Shown piece after piece: positions 1-8,178 of a DNA stretch of 45,934 bases. This DNA is from an uncultured Lachnobacterium sp. (GTDB lineage Bacteria > Bacillota > Clostridia > Lachnospirales > Lachnospiraceae). Both the position numbers and the translations under genes were made by a program. The notes beneath the pieces were generated by a model that worked only from the letters and a program-made list of their open reading frames with translations, was not told where the DNA came from and ran no database searches. How positions within the stretch are numbered: position 1 is the stretch's first letter; every line of letters begins with the position of its first letter. The stretch is from contig URLU01000001.1 in the NCBI GenBank assembly GCA_900548765.1, positions 1 to 45,934 of the forward strand. Reading direction: 5' to 3'.

Positions 1-1683
1 TGCATATTCATAGCCCAAATCCACGCCAATTTCCTGTAAGGTTTTTACAGTGACGATATTGATAGAATTTGTAATAGCTGTACGCAGGTTTGTATATCCA
101 CGGTAAGAATTATCATAATTGTGGAACTGCTTGCTGCCAACTGTAAATGGTGCATCATCCTGAACTGATGCAAGTGTAAGTCCGCCTGCATCTAAGGCAG
201 CAGCGTAGCATCCGATAATCTTAAAGGTAGAACCAGGCTGACGACAGGTGTCGGTTGCACGGTTCCAGGTCCTGTTTCCGGATTTATCACCACGACCACC
301 GACCAGGGCTTTTACCTCGCCAGTGCTCTGATCCATAAGTGTGAGAGCAATCTGTGGCTGTAAGGTTATAGTGACATATTCTGAACCTTCTACAATCTCA
401 TCCCCTGGATTTAAGACATCCTGCTCGTACTGGGCAATAGCCTCATAGCATTCGTCTTCAGTGTCAAAGTTAATAGAATAATCCTCATTGTTTGTAGCCT
501 TCTTATAATAAGAAAGCATAGTCTGATTTGAGTAGCTTGTTAGTGTGCCATCAGACGACTTTACCTGAAAATACAGAGTGAATGAATACTTTGGAGTGGT
601 TGGATAGTTGTCCAGATTGTTAGCTTCTTCATCACAGATTTTTTGCAATTCCAGGTCCTGTGTTGACTGAATCGTAAGACCACCCTGATATATCATCTTG
701 TAGGCTTCTGTTTCTGAATAGCCCTTGTCAATCAGGTCTGAAAATACATCATCAATAAGCGCATCCACAAAGTAGGAGTTGATGCTGGTATCGTCCACTG
801 CATTGTGCTCGGATATACGGTCATACACATCATCATCCATGGCTTCATCATATTCACTCTGGCTGATATAGCCCTGCTCCAACATGTTGTTCAGAACTCG
901 CTCACGTCTCTCGGCATTTTGGTCCGGATGAGTGATTGGGTTGTACTTAGCAGGATTCTGTGTGATTCCGGCGATTACAGCACTCTCTGATAATGTAAGC
1001 TCTGATACGTCCTTGCCGAAGTATTTCTCGGAAGCAGCCTGTACACCAAGTGTGTTGGCTCCCAGATTGATGGAATTCATGTAGTTTTCAAGAATCCACT
1101 TTTTGTCATTTACCTTTTTCTCAAGCTCCACAGCCAGATACTGTTCCTGAATCTTACGCTGTAGACTCTCAATAAAGGATGACTCGCTTGTCCAGGTTGT
1201 GAGCACGTTGTTCTTGATGAGCTGCTGGGTTATGGTACTTCCACCCTGACTGAAATGGAATCCGTGAGCAATACCCGTAGCAGCGGCACGGAGTATACTC
1301 TGCATATCGATTCCGTTGTGCTCGTAAAAACGCTCGTCCTCAATTGCGACAAAGGCATCCTGCAGAGACTGCGGGATTTCATCAATAGTAACATACTTAC
1401 GGTTGGCACCTGATGCAACCAGTGTAGATATCTCTGTACCATCACTTGCCAGGACTGTTGAAGAATATCCTGTTGGAGTGACATCGATTTCTGAGATATC
1501 CGGAGCAGAGTCGATGATACCCTTCATAACACCAACTCCTGAACTAATGCCTACAACACCGACTATAATTACAAGAACCAGAATGCATTTCCAAAAGATA
1601 ACGCCAAACTTATGTCTGACCTTTGTACTCTTTTTGTCAAGCTTCTGAACTCGGCGTTTTGTAGCATTTTTGCCGTAATTCAT
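1..1683 (-). CDS. Class A penicillin-binding protein (PBP1A, transglycosylase-transpeptidase); runs off the window start and is missing from the ORF track
   Basis: Manual translation from ATG 1683 (RBS AAGGAGG): MNYGKNATKRR..., N-terminal TM, GT51 motifs AIEDERFYEHNG and GGSTITQQLIKN, transpeptidase SxxK (QPGSTFK) and SxN (NSIN); open to position 1. Confidence 0.93.
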   Translation of the reverse strand, partial: MNYGKNATKRRVQKLDKKSTKVRHKFGVIFWKCILVLVIIVGVVGISSGVGVMKGIIDSAPDISEIDVTPTGYSSTVLASDGTEISTLVASGANRKYVTIDEIPQSLQDAFVAIEDERFYEHNGIDMQSILRAAATGIAHGFHFSQGGSTITQQLIKNNVLTTWTSESSFIESLQRKIQEQYLAVELEKKVNDKKWILENYMNSINLGANTLGVQAASEKYFGKDVSELTLSESAVIAGITQNPAKYNPITHPDQNAERRERVLNNMLEQGYISQSEYDEAMDDDVYDRISEHNAVDDTSINSYFVDALIDDVFSDLIDKGYSETEAYKMIYQGGLTIQSTQDLELQKICDEEANNLDNYPTTPKYSFTLYFQVKSSDGTLTSYSNQTMLSYYKKATNNEDYSINFDTEDECYEAIAQYEQDVLNPGDEIVEGSEYVTITLQPQIALTLMDQSTGEVKALVGGRGDKSGNRTWNRATDTCRQPGSTFKIIGCYAAALDAGGLTLASVQDDAPFTVGSKQFHNYDNSYRGYTNLRTAITNSINIVTVKTLQEIGVDLGYEYA

Positions 1684-1749
1684 ATATAGGCCTCCTTATA
1701 AAGATATATACCTTATTTGTGCGTGAGTGCAGAAAATGCACTCTAAGCT

Positions 1750-1778
1750 ATTATAACAAAAGATGGAATTAATATCAA
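1750..1778 (-). promoter_or_regulatory. sigma70-type promoter of the PBP1A gene
   Basis: Minus strand TTGATA-N17-TATAAT with extended TGn. Confidence 0.6.
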
Positions 1779-1878
1779 ATCTGTGATAGGATTATGTAGG
1801 ATTGTACAGTATTATGCACAAGCTGTATGAGAGACCACAAATCATATGAAAAAGTACAAGATATAGTAGGAGTAACAA

Positions 1879-2541
1879 GTGTCAGAGACTAATATTAATG
1901 GATATAAGGTAGTATATGAAGGCGGGCAGGATGAAATTGTCGAAAAGAAGTCACGTTTTATCGCCACGGTTCGTCCGGTTGAGAGCGAGGAGGAAGCCGC
2001 AGCCTTTATAAATGAGATGAAAAAGAAATACTGGGATGCCAGACATAACTGCTCGGCTTTTGTAATCGGAGAGCGTCAGGAATTTAACAGGTGCTCAGAT
2101 GACGGAGAGCCGGCTCAGACCGCAGGACGTCCGATGCTGGATGTGCTTTTAAAGGAGGGTATAACAAATGTGGCAGTGGTTGTCACCAGATATTTTGGTG
2201 GTGTGCTGCTGGGAACCGGCGGATTGGTGAGAGCTTATCAGGAGGCGGTCAAGGCAGGACTGGCTGCCAGTAAAATCATTGTGAAGCAAAAAGGAAAACG
2301 GCTGGCAGTGATAACCGACTACACCGGGCTTGGCAGGCTGCAATATCTTTTTGCCAGTGAGAATATTATTATAGAAGAAACAGAGTACACAGAGCTTGTG
2401 ACTATACATGCTGTCATACCGTCAGATAATAAGGAAAGTGTTATCAAAAAAATTACGGAAGCCACCAACGGCTCCGCTGGGACAGAATGGGGAGAGGATA
2501 TCGTGTTTGCAGAATGTGATGGTCAGATTGTCATTTTTTAA
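1879..2541 (+). CDS. yigZ: YigZ/IMPACT family protein
   Basis: KKSRFIA, DARHNCSAF, SDDGEP, VVTRYFGGVLLGTGGLVRAY motifs; GTG start after AGGAG. Confidence 0.9.
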   Translation: MSETNINGYKVVYEGGQDEIVEKKSRFIATVRPVESEEEAAAFINEMKKKYWDARHNCSAFVIGERQEFNRCSDDGEPAQTAGRPMLDVLLKEGITNVAVVVTRYFGGVLLGTGGLVRAYQEAVKAGLAASKIIVKQKGKRLAVITDYTGLGRLQYLFASENIIIEETEYTELVTIHAVIPSDNKESVIKKITEATNGSAGTEWGEDIVFAECDGQIVIF

Positions 2542-2563
2542 AGGAAATTTTTGCAAAAACTTC

Positions 2564-2592
2564 TTGACACTGCTATGCCATAAATGTATAAT
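2564..2592 (+). promoter_or_regulatory. Consensus sigma70 promoter of tRNA-Gln
   Basis: TTGACA(2564-2569)-N17-TATAAT(2587-2592). Confidence 0.85.
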
Positions 2593-2612
2593 GTCATTTG
2601 TTGATACGACAT

Positions 2613-2684
2613 TGGCCCATCGCCAAATGGTAAGGCAACGGACTCTGACTCCGTCATTTCAAGGTTCGAATCCTTGTGGGCCAG
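2613..2684 (+). tRNA. tRNA-Gln, anticodon CTG (CCA not encoded)
   Basis: Acceptor TGGCCCA/TGGGCCA, D-loop TGGTAA, anticodon arm ACGGA-CTCTGAC-TCCGT, T-loop GGTTCGAATCC. Confidence 0.97.
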
Positions 2685-2692
2685 CTTTTGAG

Positions 2693-2719
2693 GGAACTTC
2701 TTTCGAAGTTCCTTTTTTT
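2693..2719 (+). terminator. Intrinsic terminator of tRNA-Gln
   Basis: GGAACTTC-TTTC-GAAGTTCC followed by T7. Confidence 0.85.
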
Positions 2720-3084
2720 ATCGTATAAAAGAAGTACGATGAGGAACACAGACTGCAAGCTGGCTTGCAAGGCTGTGTTCCGAAATCGGACGCCATAACG
2801 AAAAGCGAGAATCATAGTTGCGAAGCAACGGAGAAGCAGCGAAGCTGCGGATTCGAGCTTCTCGTTATGGGCTTTATACGATATAAAAGAAGTACGATGA
2901 ACTATGAGTTCTGCAAGCTCGCTTGCAAGAAATCATGGTGAAATCGGACGACCTAACCATCGAACCTGCCACTGGCAGCTTCTCTGGATGCATGGCAACG
3001 AAAAGCGAGAATCGTAGTTGCGTGGGGCGGGGAAGCAGCGAAGCTGCGGATTCGAGCTTGACGTTAGGGTTATGCGATAAAAAA
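2714..3084. repeat. Two tandem copies (~160 nt core) of a multi-stem structured non-coding element
   Basis: Shared blocks TATAAAAGAAGTACGATGA, CTGCAAGCTnGCTTGCAAG, GAAATCGGACG, AACGAAAAGCGAGAATC, GAAGCAGCGAAGCTGCGGATTCGAGCTT in 2719-2883 and ~2882-3084; stems differ in sequence but keep pairing. Confidence 0.85.
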
Positions 3085-3128
3085 GAAGCAAAAAGAAACA
3101 AGCAAACTAGAACAAAGAAAGGCAAAAA

Positions 3129-3629
3129 ATGCTCACCCTACAAAAATACAACAACGAACAAGACATCCTATGCAGCCTAATTAAACGCTTCTGGATAGCC
3201 CACAACGACTATACCCCTACAGACGAAGAAGCAATGGAAGATCTGCGGGTCTGGACAGGCAAAGACCATGTCGTGTATTATATTATGATAGAAGATAAAC
3301 CAATAGGCTTTGTACATCTGGGAGCCAGAGGCTGCAATATAGACTGGCTGGAAGACCTGTTTATCCTGCCTGAATATCAGGGACATGGCTACGGAACGCA
3401 GGTGCTTAAGCTGACAGAGGATATTGTAAAGGAATACTCAGATTCAATCTATCTTGAGGTGGCAGCAAGAAATATGGAAGCCATGAAGCTTTATTGCAGA
3501 AATGGATATGACTGCCTGAACACTATTACAATAAGGAAAGACTTTAAACCGGATGATTTTGAGGTTATAAGCAGGGAAACTATCTTAGGACATGACCTTG
3601 AGGTGAAAAAATATATAGGTGATGAATAA
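3129..3629 (+). CDS. GNAT family N-acetyltransferase
   Basis: LFILPEYQGHGYGT acetyl-CoA motif A; N..AMKLY.RNGY motif B. Confidence 0.85.
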   Translation: MLTLQKYNNEQDILCSLIKRFWIAHNDYTPTDEEAMEDLRVWTGKDHVVYYIMIEDKPIGFVHLGARGCNIDWLEDLFILPEYQGHGYGTQVLKLTEDIVKEYSDSIYLEVAARNMEAMKLYCRNGYDCLNTITIRKDFKPDDFEVISRETILGHDLEVKKYIGDE

Positions 3630-3647
3630 ATCAAGAACGGAGGCAAT

Positions 3648-4355
3648 ATGTACCAGTTTGACAGCAGAATAAGATACAGTGAAGTTGATAAGGAATGCAA
3701 TCTGACTTTGACAGCCATGATGAATTATTTTCAGGACTGCAGTGTGGCACATTCTGAATCATTAGATAGAGGTGTGAGATACCTGTCTGAGAACCATATG
3801 GCATGGGTTCTGTCATCCTGGCAGATATGCTGTGATAATATGCCGCGGCTCTTTGATGAAGTGACTGTATCGACCTGGGCATATGATATGAAAGCTTTTT
3901 ATGGTTACAGAAACTTTACTATGGACAGGAAAAATGGTGAGAGACTTGCCTATGCCAACTCTGTCTGGGTGCTGGTTGATACATTAACCGGCAGACCCAT
4001 AAAGGTGCCAGAGGATATTATCAATGAATATGGCACATCACCTCAGCTTGAGATGGTGTGCAGCTCAAGGAAAATTAAAGTGCCGGCAGATATGGAAGCA
4101 GGGGCAGAGATGGTAGTGCCTAAGTTTTTTATAGACAGCAACCAGCATATGAACAATGAAAAGTATGTGGCGATTGCACAGGAGCTTTTACCGGCAGAGT
4201 TTAAGATAAAGGAATTAAGGGTAGAGTATAAAAAGGAAGCAAAGCTTGGAGATACAATCAGAAGCTCAGTGAAGAAAACAGATGAGGGCATTGTGGCTGT
4301 GCTGGCAGATACAGAGGACAAGCCCTATGCGGTAGTGCAGTTTATAGGAAACTAA
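3648..4355 (+). CDS. Acyl-ACP thioesterase (double hot-dog)
   Basis: RIRYSEVD, NYFQD, IDSNQHMNNEKY motifs. Confidence 0.85.
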   Translation: MYQFDSRIRYSEVDKECNLTLTAMMNYFQDCSVAHSESLDRGVRYLSENHMAWVLSSWQICCDNMPRLFDEVTVSTWAYDMKAFYGYRNFTMDRKNGERLAYANSVWVLVDTLTGRPIKVPEDIINEYGTSPQLEMVCSSRKIKVPADMEAGAEMVVPKFFIDSNQHMNNEKYVAIAQELLPAEFKIKELRVEYKKEAKLGDTIRSSVKKTDEGIVAVLADTEDKPYAVVQFIGN

Positions 4356-4456
4356 GGCTTATTGACATTGTATTTGGTGCAGTGGATGTTATATAATGAG
4401 CGTAGGCAGTAAGCCGCAGCACGACAAATCAGGACGGAAAGACGAAAGGAAAAATT

Positions 4457-5290
4457 ATGAGATTAGGAGAATATCAGGAACTCGAATATATCAAGAAGGT
4501 AGATTTCGGAATTTATTTGGCAGAGTCGCAGAGAGCAGAGGAGAGAGTGCTTCTTCCGGCTAAGCAGGTTCCGGAAGGAATAAAGCTCGGCGATAAAATA
4601 AGAGTGTTTTTGTATAAGGATTCAAGAGACAGGCTTATAGCAACCACAAACGAGCCAAAACTTTCCATGGGAGAAATAAGACCTCTTGAAGTCAAGGAAT
4701 GTGGAAAGATAGGAGCCTTTCTTGACTGGGGACTGGAAAAAGACCTCTTCCTTCCATATAAAGAGATGACTATGAAGGTTAAAGCGGGGGACGAAGTCCT
4801 TGTTACCTTATATATAGATAAGAGCAGCAGGCTCTGTGCCAGCATGAGAGGACTGTATGACCTGCTGTCCAAGGAATCTCCTTACAAAAAGGATGACATG
4901 GTATCGGGAAGGGTCTATGAGTTTTCGGATAACTTTGGATGTTTTGTGGCAGTGGATGACAAATATTCTGCCAGAATCCCCCGTCATGAGGACACATCAT
5001 TCCTCAGGGTGGGAGATGTAATCGATGCAAAGGTCACAGCAGTCAAAGAGGATGGCAAGCTGGATCTGACTCTGAGGGAAAAGGCTTATATCCAGATGGA
5101 TTCGGATTCTGAAAAAATAATGGAGCTTCTGGATTCGTATGCAGGAGTCCTTCCATTTTCGGAGAAGGCAAGCCCGGAGGTAATAAAGAGAGAGACCGGA
5201 CTTAGCAAGAATGCCTTTAAGAGGGCAGTCGGACATCTGTATAAGGAAAGAAAGATAGATTTGACCGATGGAAAAATTCGCAGAGTATAA
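4457..5290 (+). CDS. CvfB/YitL-like S1 RNA-binding protein
   Basis: GAFLDWGLEKDLFLP and C-terminal SK.AFKRAVGHLYK winged helix. Confidence 0.88.
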   Translation: MRLGEYQELEYIKKVDFGIYLAESQRAEERVLLPAKQVPEGIKLGDKIRVFLYKDSRDRLIATTNEPKLSMGEIRPLEVKECGKIGAFLDWGLEKDLFLPYKEMTMKVKAGDEVLVTLYIDKSSRLCASMRGLYDLLSKESPYKKDDMVSGRVYEFSDNFGCFVAVDDKYSARIPRHEDTSFLRVGDVIDAKVTAVKEDGKLDLTLREKAYIQMDSDSEKIMELLDSYAGVLPFSEKASPEVIKRETGLSKNAFKRAVGHLYKERKIDLTDGKIRRV

Positions 5291-5303
5291 TCTGCGATTT
5301 GAA

Positions 5304-5435
5304 TATCAAAGCATGTAATAAAAGTTGCCCGAGACAGGTCTTATGTATGCCAAAGCATGCAATAAAAGCTGCCGGTGGCAGGTTTTATATATACCAAAGT
5401 ATGCAAGAGAAGCTGCCAGCGGCAGGTTTTCTGTA
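5304..5435 (+). repeat. 3 x 44-bp tandem intergenic repeat containing CTGCC-N3-GGCAG palindrome
   Basis: CAAAG at 5307, 5351, 5395 (44-bp period); palindromes at 5369-5381 and 5413-5425, degenerate at 5325-5337. Confidence 0.85.
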
Positions 5436-5461
5436 TATAGGAAGATATGGAGGAATCAGGA

Positions 5462-5836
5462 ATGAAAAACGTAATCAGTACAGACAAGGCACCAGCAGCA
5501 ATCGGACCATATTCACAGGCAATCGAAGTCAATGGAATGGTTTATACATCAGGAGTAATCCCAGTTGTTCCAGCAACAGGTGAAATCCCGGAAGGCTCAG
5601 TAGAGCAGGCAAAGCAGGCTCTTACAAACCTTTCTAACTTACTTGAAGCAGCAGGAAGCAGCATGGATAAGGTTGTTAAGACAGTAGTGTTTATCAAGGA
5701 AATGAATGATTTTGCAGCGATTAATGAAGTGTATGCCACATTTTTCACAGATGCATTTCCAGCAAGAAGCTGTGTAGAGGTTGCAAGACTTCCAAAGGAT
5801 GTTATGCTTGAGATTGAGGCAATTGCCATTAAATAA
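5462..5836 (+). CDS. ridA: RidA/YjgF family enamine/imine deaminase
   Basis: APAAIGPYSQA, FPARSCVEVARLP, EIEAIA; start set at ATG 5462 downstream of GGAGG. Confidence 0.92.
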   Translation: MKNVISTDKAPAAIGPYSQAIEVNGMVYTSGVIPVVPATGEIPEGSVEQAKQALTNLSNLLEAAGSSMDKVVKTVVFIKEMNDFAAINEVYATFFTDAFPARSCVEVARLPKDVMLEIEAIAIK

Positions 5837-5840
5837 AGTA

Positions 5841-5870
5841 AAAGGCTGACCATAAAAAAGGTCAGCCTTT
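5841..5870. terminator. Hairpin between convergent genes, likely bidirectional terminator
   Basis: AAAGGCTGACC-N8-GGTCAGCCTTT. Confidence 0.7.
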
Positions 5871-5892
5871 GTTAAACATTGTTACAAAAGTA

Positions 5893-6087
5893 TTAAATTG
5901 ACACATCAAAGCTGCCACCAATTCCGGGATTGACGGATAACTCCATCATCTTTATCATGCTCTGTCCCATGACCTCAGACTGGTCTATGGCATTTGACAA
6001 AACTGCAGTTCCTACCTGATTAAGTGTATCAACCTGCTTAATGTTCATCGCTGCTAAAGCAATTCCATCAACGGATCCGAATTCCAT
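5893..6087 (-). CDS. YjfB-like small putative motility protein
   Basis: 64 aa; QVGTAVL...MMELSVNPGIGGSFDVSI C-terminus typical of the family; RBS GAAGGTG before ATG 6087. Confidence 0.7.
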   Translation of the reverse strand: MEFGSVDGIALAAMNIKQVDTLNQVGTAVLSNAIDQSEVMGQSMIKMMELSVNPGIGGSFDVSI

Positions 6088-6211
6088 ATAATCACCTTCG
6101 TTCATAATATTAAATGGTACATTAGTACTCTGCTATAGTTAATGTAACATCAATTTGATGGAAAATCAAGGAAAAAGCCAGAAAAAATTGTTAAGTAATT
6201 AAGTACAGGGG

Positions 6212-6240
6212 TTGACACATATATTTCCCTGTGCTATTAT
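6212..6240 (+). promoter_or_regulatory. sigma70 promoter of the NlpC/P60 gene
   Basis: TTGACA-N17-TATTAT with TGn extension. Confidence 0.7.
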
Positions 6241-6303
6241 GACAAAGTAATATTTGTAACAAATTCGTAATAATTTTTGCAGATATAGTTATTGGAGGTT
6301 AAA

Positions 6304-7485
6304 ATGAAAGTAAGATATGTGAAACTTACAGCGTGTGCGCTCACAGGTGTCATGGCACTTGGTTCTGTTTCTTTTGAAGCATTTGCAGCCACACCTGCAG
6401 CGGGAGTAGCAAGCTATACAGCGAACGTTGTAGCATCATCAACTATTCCAGCAGCTGGAGTTACATCAGCTTTATCTGAGGTTATGCTGAATGGTGATGC
6501 AGTCGTTGCAACATCAGCAGAAGTAGAAGAAAATGATGCAGAGACAGTTACATCAGAATATGCGGATGTAGCCATTGCCCAGGTTGAAGGATATGTAAAT
6601 GTCCGTTCAGTGGCAAGCGAGGATGGTGAAGTCCTCGGAAAGCTTTATGATAATTCAGCAGCAACTGTTCTCGGCGAGGAGAACGGATGGTACAAGATAT
6701 CATCTGGTTCAGTAGAAGGATATGTAAAAAGCGATTATGTGGTAGTAGGAGACGAGGAGCTGGCTAGAAGCGTAAGCCGCCGGGTGGCTACAGTTAATAC
6801 AACCACACTTAATGTAAGAGAGACTGCAAGTGAGGATGCAGGCATTATCGAGCAGGTTCCTATTCAGGATGATTTGACAGTAGTAGATGAATCAACTGAA
6901 GGATGGGTAGCTGTTACATGCGAGGCTGGTACAGGATACGTGTCATCTGATTATGTAGATTTATCTACAGAGTACACATATGCTGAGTCAAAGGCAGAAG
7001 AGGAAGCAAGACTTGCAGCAGAGGAAGCTGAGCGTAAGGCAGCAGCAGAAGCAGCTGCAAAAGCCGCAGCAGCTAAGGCTTCAAGTAAGTCATCAAGCAG
7101 CTCAAGCTCATCAACATCTTCATACAGCGCACCAAGCGGTACAGGAGCATCATCAGTTGTTTCATATGCAGCACAGTTTGTCGGCAATCCATATGTATAT
7201 GGTGGTTCAAGCCTTACAAATGGTACTGACTGTTCAGGATTTGTAATGTCAGTATATGCAGCATTTGGAGTATCACTTCCACACAGCTCATCAGCAATGA
7301 GAAGCGTTGGATATGGTGTAAGCGTAGATCAGATGCAGCCGGGTGATATCGTATGTTACAGTGGACATGTTGCTATCTACTGTGGAAACGATACAATCAT
7401 TCATGCAAGTACTCCTTCAACAGGAATTAAGTACACATCACCTGCAAACTACAAATCAATCATTTGTGTTCGTAGAATTTTCTAA
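6304..7485 (+). CDS. Secreted peptidoglycan endopeptidase: signal peptide, 2 x SH3b, Ala/Ser linker, NlpC/P60 (C40)
   Basis: VNVR...GWYKI..G.VEGYV and LNVR...GWV...GYVSSDYV SH3b repeats; PYVYGG...DCSGFV...HVAIY...IIHAS; ATG 6304 after GGAGG. Confidence 0.92.
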   Translation: MKVRYVKLTACALTGVMALGSVSFEAFAATPAAGVASYTANVVASSTIPAAGVTSALSEVMLNGDAVVATSAEVEENDAETVTSEYADVAIAQVEGYVNVRSVASEDGEVLGKLYDNSAATVLGEENGWYKISSGSVEGYVKSDYVVVGDEELARSVSRRVATVNTTTLNVRETASEDAGIIEQVPIQDDLTVVDESTEGWVAVTCEAGTGYVSSDYVDLSTEYTYAESKAEEEARLAAEEAERKAAAEAAAKAAAAKASSKSSSSSSSSTSSYSAPSGTGASSVVSYAAQFVGNPYVYGGSSLTNGTDCSGFVMSVYAAFGVSLPHSSSAMRSVGYGVSVDQMQPGDIVCYSGHVAIYCGNDTIIHASTPSTGIKYTSPANYKSIICVRRIF

Positions 7486-7509
7486 ACTGAATATAATGTG
7501 AATTTAATG

Positions 7510-7539
7510 GGACTGTCACTTTTGTGGCAGTCCTTTTTT
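7510..7539 (+). terminator. Intrinsic terminator
   Basis: GGACTGTCAC-TTTT-GTGGCAGTCC then T6. Confidence 0.85.
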
Positions 7540-7757
7540 GCACTTGGGATGTGAAGGGGATTATGTCAGAATAGGCAGTTATTTGTGGCATGAAATTTGT
7601 GTGCTCAAGTTATTTTGTGCATATATATTATGAAGAGGTTTGTTTGTTCAAAACACCGCTTTATGCAAAGATTTAGTATAACTATATTATCTGGTTGCGA
7701 GAAAAGGCTATGTTTATATAGCATCCCCCGTATTACCTCATCAAGAACATAAAAGCT

Positions 7758-7978
7758 TTATCCAAATAGAAAATCACAGCCTAATTTCACATAAAATAAA
7801 GTCAAGAACATTTACACATAATTGAACTTTAATGTCTTCTATACAAAATGCACAAAAATTTGGACGAGCAGCATAATGCAAAAATCCACCCTGGGGATAT
7901 ATCCAAAGTTATCCACAAAATATCCAGTGGAAAAGCCTTGATTTTGAGTTATACACTAAGTTATGCACGTTATCCACA
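7758..7978. promoter_or_regulatory. DnaA-box cluster
   Basis: TTATCCACA at 7909-7917 and 7970-7978; one-mismatch boxes at 7758, 7810, 7926 (minus), 7949, 7961. Confidence 0.75.
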
Positions 7979-8178
7979 GTGTAAAACATGATTTAATCGA
8001 ATGTGTGTTTTATTAATTTCTAATAAATTTATTAATTTTGTAACAAAATTGATAAAAAATATTGACTTTTAAGAAGTAAAAAAAAGAATTAAATGAATTG
8101 AAATTGTCAAACAATTACATGTAATTGGCACAATCTTCTTTCTTGCCAAAGTAAAAAAGCTTTGGTATACTCAAGGGT

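Noticed and set aside
805..1648. ORF-track entries 805-990, 1230-1484 and 1403-1648
   Set aside because: They lie within the PBP1A gene, antisense or out of frame
2734..2791. Hammerhead ribozyme (..GATGA-stem-GAAA..)
   Set aside because: Core reads ACGATGA rather than CTGANGA, and the flanks pair with each other (GTACGA/TCGGAC), leaving no stem I/III or UH cleavage site
2874..3180. ORFs 2874-3125 (-) and 2923-3180 (+)
   Set aside because: They overlap the structured repeat and an A-rich tract and have no coding hallmarks
2613..3630. Integrative element at tRNA-Gln
   Set aside because: No integrase and no duplicated tRNA 3' end seen in the window
5304..5435. CRISPR array
   Set aside because: Units are homologous along their whole length, with no unique spacers and no cas genes in the window
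5840..5851. AAAAGGCTGACC shared between the ridA terminator and the fold-back arm near 43474-43485
   Set aside because: Only 12 bp with no flanking similarity; chance is plausible
7486..8178. Chromosomal oriC
   Set aside because: No dnaA/dnaN/rpmH context and no switch in gene-strand bias; kept only as a DnaA-box cluster
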